Part shown: piece by piece, positions 20,479 through 27,366 of the stretch | Layout: every line of letters begins with the position of its first letter | Numbering within the stretch: position 1 is the stretch's first letter | NCBI GenBank assembly: GCA_903846945.1 | Contig: CAINCE010000073.1 | Location: 13,626 to 77,625, forward strand | Direction of reading: 5' to 3' | Length of the DNA stretch: 64,000 nucleotides | DNA from: an uncultured bacterium | GTDB taxonomy: Bacteria; Patescibacteriota; Minisyncoccia; Phycocordibacterales; PALSA-1337 | Notes under the pieces: model-generated | What the model was told of the DNA's origin: nothing | Database searches by the model: none | What the model saw: the letters and a program-made list of their open reading frames with translations, nothing else | Position numbers and translations under genes: made by a program

Positions 20479-20850
20479 ATGAATACAAACAACAAAGAGG
20501 TAGCCGCAAACTCTATAAAAGCGGTAGAGGCGTACAGGGCACAGATCGCCAATCTGCAGAGTCAAATCTGCAAATTGGAAGAGGCGGCCGCGGTCGCCAT
20601 GGAGACACTCGTCGGGGCGAAGGTTGCCGACGGCTGGAAGAAGTTTGAATACTATTCCAGCTACTACGGGTCGCATAGTGAGCTCGGTGAGGGTGATGAG
20701 GAGAGGACGCTCCTCTTTCACCCCAGTGTGGACTTGTCCACATGGGACGGTGTGTCGTTCTCGCATGGCCATCGTGGCCAGAGCGAGGAAAACGGGCGGT
20801 TCTGTAAGTGGCTCTCCGGTCTCCCGGAAGGTCACTACATCGAACTGTAG
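20479..20850 (+). CDS. Hypothetical protein
   Basis: ORF MNTNNKEV.. with an N-terminal coiled coil, between HHR2 and motif X1. Confidence 0.7.
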   Translation: MNTNNKEVAANSIKAVEAYRAQIANLQSQICKLEEAAAVAMETLVGAKVADGWKKFEYYSSYYGSHSELGEGDEERTLLFHPSVDLSTWDGVSFSHGHRGQSEENGRFCKWLSGLPEGHYIEL

Positions 20851-20908
20851 TGATTTACCTGCTGTAACAGGTTGATTTAACCGGACGAGTCTTTACAGAG
20901 ATTCCTCC

Positions 20909-20955
20909 ACTTCATTGAGCCGTATGAGTGAAAGATTCTCGTCGGTTCATAGAGT
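20909..20955 (+). ncRNA. Unknown structured intergenic motif X, copy 1
   Basis: ACTTCATTGAGCCG-stemloop-CGGTTCATAGAGT; four related copies in this locus. Confidence 0.6.
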
Positions 20956-20978
20956 TCGTTAAATGGGAGAAAAAAATT

Positions 20979-21140
20979 ATGGGTATGAACCTAGGTGGTG
21001 TGAAGGTGAAAGGCGGTTCTGGTGGGAAGCGGGGACACTCCGGGATGTGTCATTGGATGCCGACCGAGCAGGTAAAGGTAGTATCCAAGAAGGCCCGCCG
21101 CCGTGAAGATAAGTGCCTGGTTAAGCCTTCGGCCGAGTGA
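20979..21140 (+). CDS. Small basic hypothetical protein
   Basis: MGMNLGGVKVKGGSGGKRGHSGMCHW..KKARRRED; GGAGA upstream. Confidence 0.6.
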   Translation: MGMNLGGVKVKGGSGGKRGHSGMCHWMPTEQVKVVSKKARRREDKCLVKPSAE

Positions 21141-21313
21141 TCGGCTTAGTAACACCTCTAACCAAGGTTGCCACAAAATTCCTCCTTCGCTCTAATGAGC
21201 TATGGAGGGACAAGCCGGTGGTGTAAATCAAGGTAAAGAGTTTTGTCCCCGTCTTTCTCAGAAAAGACGGAGAGCCTAGAGGAAGCAGAGCCTCACCGAG
21301 ATATATCTCTCGG

Positions 21314-21390
21314 TTCTGTCTCGGAATATCGTTCCGACTGATGAGTCCCTCTACATCCTATTCGGGGTGAGAGTGAAGGACGAAACAGAG
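21314..21390 (+). ncRNA. Hammerhead ribozyme type III, extended stem II (HHR3)
   Basis: ttctg-TC^-tcggaa..ttccga-CTGATGA-gtcc[..]ggac-GAAA-cagag; predicted cut after 21320. Confidence 0.9.
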
Positions 21391-21410
21391 TTGGTCTTTA
21401 AAATCAAATT

Positions 21411-21674
21411 ATGCCAATGTTAAAAACCAATGTGGTGCCGTACAACAAGACGGCGAGCTGCAACCGGCAGCCAGTAAATGTCAACCATCAGCAGAAAATC
21501 GTGGTAGTCAATACACGGTGCGGTGATGGTCAGGAAGGGAAACACCAGACCCATCTGGACGCCATGGTCAAAGTCGAGGCCGAAAAGGGATTCAAAATCC
21601 TTCAGGCATCGACGGTGATCGTGCCAGTGAGTGCTGGGCTGCTCTTCTCTACGACGGTGGTGTTGGTGTCGTGA
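21411..21674 (+). CDS. Hypothetical protein
   Basis: 87-aa ATG ORF 20 nt after HHR3. Confidence 0.6.
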   Translation: MPMLKTNVVPYNKTASCNRQPVNVNHQQKIVVVNTRCGDGQEGKHQTHLDAMVKVEAEKGFKILQASTVIVPVSAGLLFSTTVVLVS

Positions 21675-21765
21675 GCGGTGCAGGGTAGACAAGGCTGATG
21701 GTTCCTAGTAATCATTCTCGACCACGGAGTGCAGTGGTAGACGTGATCGCCCTACGGTAGTGGGT

Positions 21766-21814
21766 GCGTAATTCCGAGGGGAAGCTCCTCGGCGCCTGGT
21801 GAGCGGAAACTACT
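21766..21814 (+). ncRNA. Unknown structured motif Y, copy 1
   Basis: GCGTAATTCCGAGGGGAAGCTCCTCGGCGC-loop-GCGGAAACTAC; second copy at 25240-25296 (-). Confidence 0.5.
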
Positions 21815-21834
21815 GGAAAGATGCAAATCTTTCC

Positions 21835-21911
21835 TTCTGTCGCGAAGTTGAACTTCGCCTGATGAGTCCCTCTACATCCTTTTCGGGATGAGAGTGAAGG
21901 ACGAAACAGAG
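21835..21911 (+). ncRNA. Hammerhead ribozyme type III, extended stem II (HHR4)
   Basis: ttctg-TC^-gcgaagt tga acttcgc-CTGATGA-gtcc[..]ggac-GAAA-cagag; stem I fully replaced but still paired; predicted cut after 21841. Confidence 0.92.
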
Positions 21912-21926
21912 TTGGTCTTTAAAATT

Positions 21927-22622
21927 ATGAAGCACGTAAATATGACCCCGCGGCAGTGGGGATTCAGTATTGAACCGTTTCCGGCCTTCCGGTCGGAGAT
22001 AGTCTATGGTCGGCACAAGCACGACCAACAGTTTCTCCCTGTTAAGGGAATATCTCCCGTTACCACATTTACTGTGGAAGGCGGAGGAGTCGTTCTCTAC
22101 AAGGGAACGGACTGTGTTCTGGCGCAAAAAACAGTCGCAGACTTTGATGATGTTCAGCGGAAAAAAGTCCCGTTCACATTGTCGCATGCGATATTCACGG
22201 TATCACCGCAGACTCTGCCGGAGAATCGCTTCCAGGTCATCAAGACCAAGGAGAAGGGAACCATCATGGTTGTACCTGGCGAGGACCTGACCAGACGATG
22301 CCTACTGTTCGCAGAGTGCAAGGGTGGGTTTCGTGGCGGCGTTGCACTCATCGGTGGGAGCAATTCAGCTGACGTCATCAAGAAGTGTCATGCCGGAGAT
22401 GCTTGCGATAGCTTGATGGCTGTTATCGCAATACTAGAGGTGGATCAGTCTATCGCATTTCATTCCTGGGGCAGGAGGAAGGACGAAGTCTACCGCCATG
22501 CTTGGGATGGTGAGACCATCAAGGTCGAGCATTATTCCATAGACGAATGGAACGTCAGGAGTGAGCTCATCACTGCCGATGTGGCACAGGCTCATGAAGC
22601 TCTTCCGGGCGACGGAAGTTGA
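21927..22622 (+). CDS. Hypothetical protein
   Basis: ORF track 21888 starts inside HHR4; likely start is ATG 21927 (MKHVNMTP..). Confidence 0.75.
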   Translation: MKHVNMTPRQWGFSIEPFPAFRSEIVYGRHKHDQQFLPVKGISPVTTFTVEGGGVVLYKGTDCVLAQKTVADFDDVQRKKVPFTLSHAIFTVSPQTLPENRFQVIKTKEKGTIMVVPGEDLTRRCLLFAECKGGFRGGVALIGGSNSADVIKKCHAGDACDSLMAVIAILEVDQSIAFHSWGRRKDEVYRHAWDGETIKVEHYSIDEWNVRSELITADVAQAHEALPGDGS

Positions 22623-22686
22623 TAGTGGTATTTACCTGCTGTAACAGGTTGATTTTAACCAGACGAGTTTTTACAGAAACTCGTCT

Positions 22687-22733
22687 ACTCAATTGAGCTG
22701 TACGAGTGAAAGATTCTCGTCGGTTCATAGAGT
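22687..22733 (+). ncRNA. Unknown structured intergenic motif X, copy 2
   Basis: ACTCAATTGAGCTG-stemloop-CGGTTCATAGAGT. Confidence 0.6.
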
Positions 22734-22762
22734 GTTCGGTGAAATTTTGCAAAAAAGAAAAT

Positions 22763-23026
22763 ATGTTGAAAATTCCAGTGAATGGTGCGGAGATTCAAGA
22801 GGTCGATGGGGTCGAGTACCTTGTTGCGCGACTGGACAAGACACTGGTGTGTTCAGACTACGTAGACGAGTTGAGGAAGGGTCGTCCCGTAGTTGTGCCT
22901 AGCTCCAAGCGCGGGCATTTGACGACTCAGCTCAAGGCAGGGAACATCTCCACCCGGCAGAAGTCTATGGTTGCCGGACAGTGGATAGCCTTCATACCAT
23001 GTGAAGCGAGGGAGTTCAAGTCCTGA
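22763..23026 (+). CDS. Hypothetical protein
   Basis: MLKIPVNGAEIQEVDG.. after an A-rich leader; last gene of the left array. Confidence 0.65.
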   Translation: MLKIPVNGAEIQEVDGVEYLVARLDKTLVCSDYVDELRKGRPVVVPSSKRGHLTTQLKAGNISTRQKSMVAGQWIAFIPCEAREFKS

Positions 23027-23277
23027 TCGTAGGAAAGACTTCCAAAGGATCACTCTAACCTTCTCAAAAGAGTGTATTGTCACCGTAAGAACAATGGTGA
23101 GAGATTTCAAAACACCGTACGAAAGTGCGGTTTTTTCATAGTGAATAAGAGCGTTTTTTACATTGTCCCAAAAACGGAACCACCCCCTTTCGGGGGTTCT
23201 GTAAGCTTTATTGCCGTGAATATTACAGTGAATGCGTGCAAGTTGTGCTAGAGGTATCTTATGTGCTAACATATGCA

Positions 23278-23377
23278 TACACAGAGACATTATCCGAACT
23301 GTCACCGGACGGTGGCTTGGTTGGGACAACCAACATAGGTAGTGTATCGGGAAATCGCCCTTCGGGGCTTTTTCTTT
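23278..23377 (+). ncRNA. Candidate DUF3800-associated small RNA (convergent)
   Basis: TTGTGC-18-TAACAT promoter, two internal hairpins, gcccttcggggc-T-tract terminator abutting the DUF3800 stop. Confidence 0.5.
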
Positions 23378-24032
23378 ATTTAAATCGCCATTCATCCTCG
23401 ATATGTTTCCGAATGATCTTTTTGTAAATAATTCCATCTTGTTTGTTACCCTCATAACTCCTCCGTATGCTCCCAGCGATCATATCAGCCAATTGGATGA
23501 GCACGTTATCTTTTGAGTCTGAAAACTTCAAATTTGAAATCACCTTAATTCCATTTGAGTTAAGAGATTTTCGTAGGTATGATGAAAAATTCCTCCGGAA
23601 AGCCCTGTCTCCACTACCATCAAGCTTGATCTTTGCTTCTAGAATACTCATATCACTGTGTTTCAGTAACATCTTTATGGAATAACTATAAAATGAATTC
23701 TTGTCATTTTTTAACTCATCACTATGTAGGATGGTCTTGTCTATAACCAGTGTTCTAACTTTAAATGCAAACACGTTGATAGTATTCATGAAACCTAGAC
23801 GGACTTTTTTGTTTGACTTGTTAAACTTGAATTCCATCGTATCTGGAAATCCGATACTTCTCCTAAACTCTTTTATGGCCACGGCAACCTTTTCGGCTTC
23901 TAACGGATCGTCGAATATGACAGCGGCAATAACAAAAATCTTGCTCGATCCTCTTTCGAATTTGAATCCAGCATCACCGGAATCATCGATGAATACTAAA
24001 GTTTGCGAATTTTGTGTGTGTTTGCTAAGCAT
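23376..24032 (-). CDS. DUF3800 (RNase H-like) protein
   Basis: LVFIDDSGDAG, EFKF, DSK..LIQLADMIAG. Confidence 0.85.
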   Translation of the reverse strand: MLSKHTQNSQTLVFIDDSGDAGFKFERGSSKIFVIAAVIFDDPLEAEKVAVAIKEFRRSIGFPDTMEFKFNKSNKKVRLGFMNTINVFAFKVRTLVIDKTILHSDELKNDKNSFYSYSIKMLLKHSDMSILEAKIKLDGSGDRAFRRNFSSYLRKSLNSNGIKVISNLKFSDSKDNVLIQLADMIAGSIRRSYEGNKQDGIIYKKIIRKHIEDEWRFK

Positions 24033-24079
24033 ATCGTGGAACTATTATACTCTCGAAATATTGATTGGCTAGTGAGGAC

Positions 24080-24213
24080 AAAAAATCCCCACGAGGCTAC
24101 GGATATAGACATAGGACTTAGTCGAGAAGCGGTGTTTAGAGGAGAGAGATTTTGCAATCACTCACACCGCCTCGCTACATAATCCGATATCATACCCATA
24201 GCCCCGCGGGGAC
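24080..24213 (-). ncRNA. Candidate rod-shaped ncRNA upstream of DUF3800
   Basis: 21-bp closing stem with four G-U pairs on the - strand, nested stems, ends in a U-tract. Confidence 0.5.
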
Positions 24214-24400
24214 TCGTGTTTAGACACTAATAATAACTCAATGAGCCTGTAAACCTCTAAATTTATAGGCTCAATAAAGTGGAGATTTTCTTGAAATCTC
24301 CAGAAAAGCACCGAGAAACCAATCTCGGAAACCATTATCGCTCCACTCTGCGATCGAGGAAAGTTTTAGAGGGTGACTTTCAACCTATTGACGTCAGCTA

Positions 24401-24940
24401 TTATACCGACGTCTTCTGGAGCCGCGCCATCGCGTGCTCCCACGCGACCGCAGCAGCGGTCGCATCGTACATGGGGTGGTGCGCCACCCCCGCGAACGGC
24501 ACCGCGATGCCGTTCTTTTTGTTATATGCGTCCACTGAGGACGCGTCCTCGCTCAGTGCGAGGAGCGCCGTGCCTAGGTCATGTAGGCACGGATAAGGGC
24601 CCTCGAAGGCCCGTTCGTCGAGATTTCTCTCGACGCAGCGGCGGAACAGCCCCGATTCCACGGGGCTACCGCAATGGGCGATCACAGTCGCCCCTACCTT
24701 TTGGGCCTGCCAAAAGGCCCAGAAGGCCTCTTCCAACTCCTCCGAAGAGGAGTGGGAGACCGGCATCCCCGCCAGAGCGGGGAGAACGTTTGCACGCACC
24801 CAGCCGTCCGACACGGCTGAGTCGGCGATCCGGCCCTCGAAGCGGGCCGTTTCCACACCGTCCACCCGGACGGTCGCGGCGATTGCGAATGACGGGCCAT
24901 ACAGCCCGTCAACTTCTGCGTCACAACTAAAGATTTTCAT
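24401..24940 (-). CDS. DEDDh (DnaQ-like) 3'-5' exonuclease
   Basis: FSCDAEVDGL (ExoI) .. WVRANVLP .. HHPMYDA (ExoIII). Confidence 0.75.
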   Translation of the reverse strand: MKIFSCDAEVDGLYGPSFAIAATVRVDGVETARFEGRIADSAVSDGWVRANVLPALAGMPVSHSSSEELEEAFWAFWQAQKVGATVIAHCGSPVESGLFRRCVERNLDERAFEGPYPCLHDLGTALLALSEDASSVDAYNKKNGIAVPFAGVAHHPMYDATAAAVAWEHAMARLQKTSV

Positions 24941-24954
24941 AATATTCCTACCTC

Positions 24955-25135
24955 TCTATTCGTCCAACAATCTCTTTCTAATCACACATCGTGCGACTAC
25001 ATCCCTCCTCCAGGAATGCTCAACTGAGAAAAAAGACCACCGAAGTTTCGATTGGTAGAATGTATTCATTATGTTCGAGCTTATCTTCTGTAATGATAAT
25101 GAATACGTTCCACCAATCGATAGTAGTAGAAACAT
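24955..25135 (-). repeat. 181-bp structured 5' leader repeat Z, copy A
   Basis: Near-identical to 27186-27366; contains a 25-bp stem. Confidence 0.9.
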
Positions 25136-25146
25136 ATGATATTTTT

Positions 25147-25197
25147 CTGTTTTCGTCCTTTCGGACTCATCAGTCGGGATACACATCCCGAGAACAG
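25147..25197 (-). ncRNA. Hammerhead ribozyme type III (HHR5)
   Basis: Reverse complement: ctgt-TC^-tcgggat gtgt atcccga-CTGATGA-gtcc gaaa ggac-GAAA-acag; predicted cut between 25192 and 25191. Confidence 0.93.
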
Positions 25198-25239
25198 TGG
25201 AGAAGCTTTTAACCAAAAGCTTCTCCATTTAACCTATGA

Positions 25240-25296
25240 AGTATTTTCCGCGTGCCTCATCATCACGCGCCGGGGAGCTTCCCCTCGGAATTACGC
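25240..25296 (-). ncRNA. Unknown structured motif Y, copy 2
   Basis: Reverse complement: GCGTAATTCCGAGGGGAAGCTCCCCGGCGCgtg-loop-cacGCGGAAAATAC. Confidence 0.5.
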
Positions 25297-25335
25297 GGTA
25301 TGTTTATAGTCTTACCGATAAGACTTGAAGTGCTA

Positions 25336-25635
25336 CTACGGCAGCAATTGGTTGCCGTGTTGCTCACGGAGCTTGGCCATTCGTTTGGCCACCCTCCTCT
25401 GCATCGCCGCATACCTGTGCGGCGGTTCGGTGAATCCGGGAACTTCCCGGTTATGTGCGAGGTCGTCGCACATCTGCTCCACCATGATGGCAAGGATGAA
25501 CTCCTTGTCATCATGGGTGAATTCCTGGGACTCGCCCAGGTCCTGTGTCCAAACCAAGTATGGTCGCACTAGCGACTCATACTGGCTGCCGATACTGATT
25601 CCGGCGGCAGTACCCAAATTTTCTGATGTATTCAT
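25336..25635 (-). CDS. Hypothetical protein
   Basis: Likely start MNTSENLG at 25635; the upstream part of the listed ORF is structured repeat sequence. Confidence 0.6.
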   Translation of the reverse strand: MNTSENLGTAAGISIGSQYESLVRPYLVWTQDLGESQEFTHDDKEFILAIMVEQMCDDLAHNREVPGFTEPPHRYAAMQRRVAKRMAKLREQHGNQLLP

Positions 25636-25684
25636 GCAACCTATTTCCGATCCTTCAGAAACAAATTGCATGAATACATCTAAG

Positions 25685-25725
25685 ACTCTAAGAGCCAACC
25701 TCCTGGGAGACCGGCTCAATAAAGT
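25685..25725 (-). ncRNA. Unknown structured intergenic motif X, copy 3
   Basis: Reverse complement: ACTTTATTGAGCCG-stemloop-TGGCTCTTAGAGT. Confidence 0.55.
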
Positions 25726-25812
25726 GGAGAAGCTTTTAACCAAAAGCTTCTCCATTTAACCTTGCGACGATTTATCCAGTAACGGAAAGGAAGTCGCTGT
25801 TCCTTTGTTGTA

Positions 25813-26424
25813 TTAGGTCATTGCCCGTATAACGGACAGTGAGACGTCTCTGGGGGCGTCACTCTCTCCGACGGGATGCAACCCACCCCTCCAACTCTCG
25901 AGGGCTTCGGTGTACATCCCATGTTTGGTGGGATGATACACATGCGCGGGCTCGCCTCGCAAGAAAGCCCCGTTGGTCCACCAGAATAAAATTAGGGAAA
26001 TGCACTCTTTGTCTTTGTGTGCTTTCCCGTATTCTGATTTGTACCCAGAATCGATAAGGAGCTGCCAGTCAATGTCTGGTAGCTCCTCGACCAACCATTC
26101 CGGGTGGCCGTGATCTTCCCATTGGATTAACTCGTCCAATGGTAGGAAGATGTCTTTCTGAAACACTAGTTTCAGAAAGTAATTCTGTAAATTTTCCGAG
26201 CACAACCGCGTGCTCGCTTCTAGGAGTTGCCGTTGCAACTCCTTGTTCAGCCAGTAGGAGATCTTTCCGTCTCCTGACTGGATGTACCCCTTACAGGTCA
26301 GGCGGTTCGCGCCTGACCTGTAGGTCGTTTCACGAGTCCCCATGCCATCGGGGGACTCGTATTTAACTACTGTTTGCGTGCCGAACGGCTCAACGTCGGC
26401 ACGCAACATTCTCATTTGCGACAT
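25813..26424 (-). CDS. Hypothetical protein
   Basis: 203-aa ATG ORF with AAGGAGG upstream. Confidence 0.75.
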   Translation of the reverse strand: MSQMRMLRADVEPFGTQTVVKYESPDGMGTRETTYRSGANRLTCKGYIQSGDGKISYWLNKELQRQLLEASTRLCSENLQNYFLKLVFQKDIFLPLDELIQWEDHGHPEWLVEELPDIDWQLLIDSGYKSEYGKAHKDKECISLILFWWTNGAFLRGEPAHVYHPTKHGMYTEALESWRGGLHPVGESDAPRDVSLSVIRAMT

Positions 26425-26495
26425 TTTAATGCCCTCCTTCTAGGGCATGTTTCCACAACTTGTTTCGCATGTGGATTGCGGTTCGAGAAGATCAT

Positions 26496-26538
26496 TCTCT
26501 ATCAACCGTCAACATGGAAGTTGTTGGCTGAATAAAGC
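26496..26538 (-). ncRNA. Unknown structured intergenic motif X, copy 4
   Basis: Reverse complement: GCTTTATTCAGCC-stemloop-GGTTGATAGAGA (compensatory G-C to C-G change). Confidence 0.55.
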
Positions 26539-26785
26539 GGAGAAATTTACGTATTCTCCAATTGACTTTCGTCACGGCAAGCAACCACGCCTGCAACCCG
26601 ATCTAGGATTGACCTCCATCCTTGATCATTATAGGAGTATTCAGATTTGTCTTGCGACAGGTCTCATACACAAAACCTTTTTACTTTTTTTGACACGACC
26701 AGTTTGTCCCTCCGAAGCCTGTTGGGGCGAAGGAGGAATTTTGTCGCAACTATAGGCTATCCCTATAGGTTTTTACGTCCAGAGC

Positions 26786-27172
26786 TTAGTAGCTGTGGAC
26801 GAGACGGAAGCCCTTGAACGTGAAGATGAACTCCTTCTTCACGGTCCCGTCCGGCTGCGGGATGTCCTTAGACACCCGCGGTGTGACGCTCTCAACGAGC
26901 TCAGCGCCAGCCTGGCGTGCCAGCGCCTGCACAGCGCTAGCCAACTGAGCCTGACCCATAATGTGGGCCACGTCGCCGGCGGAAAATCCGCCGACCGCCA
27001 AGGCGATTTCCTCGGCGCGCTGGACAAACCAGTCACGACCTAGATTGGCGTCGTCCGGAACGATCAAGAGCTTCTTGTCGTTCACCTGGACCACTTCACG
27101 TCCGCCTTCGGACGCCGCGGTGATCTGTTCCGCCGTGGGGACGTGGGACATTATAAATGCAAAAGTTTTCAT
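26786..27172 (-). CDS. Csx20-like protein (putative ring nuclease fold), copy 2
   Basis: Clear paralog of 19582..19965 (HxPTAEQ, DKKLLxVPDD, GAELVESVTPR, QPDGTVKKE, GFR). Confidence 0.6.
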   Translation of the reverse strand: MKTFAFIMSHVPTAEQITAASEGGREVVQVNDKKLLIVPDDANLGRDWFVQRAEEIALAVGGFSAGDVAHIMGQAQLASAVQALARQAGAELVESVTPRVSKDIPQPDGTVKKEFIFTFKGFRLVHSY

Positions 27173-27185
27173 ATTTTTTCTACCA

Positions 27186-27366
27186 TCTATTCGTCCAATA
27201 ATCTCTTTCTAATCACACATTGTGCGACTACATCCCTCCTCCAGGAATGCTCAACTGAGAAAAGAGACTATCGAAGTTTCGATTGGTAGAATGTATTCAT
27301 TATGTTCGAGCTTATCTTCTGTAATGATAATGAATACGTTCCACCAATCGAGAGTAGTAGAAACAT
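27186..27366 (-). repeat. 181-bp structured 5' leader repeat Z, copy B
   Basis: Near-identical to 24955-25135. Confidence 0.9.

Noticed and set aside
21188-21245. Twister ribozyme candidate (UAA..GC..AAGC)
   Set aside because: Lacks the GU-NNN-AAGC loop with a paired P4 and the pseudoknot partner
21795-21814. Additional hammerhead core (CTGGTGA..GAAA)
   Set aside because: Core is mismatched and there is no stem II between the two parts; better explained as part of motif Y
20023-22733. Recurring intergenic repeats read as a CRISPR array or integron attC sites
   Set aside because: Spacing is gene-sized and irregular, the repeats are explained by hammerhead cores and stems, and no cas genes, integron integrase or consistent attC ends were seen
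24080-24213. 6S RNA
   Set aside because: Shorter than typical and no large central bubble; retained only as an unknown rod-shaped RNA
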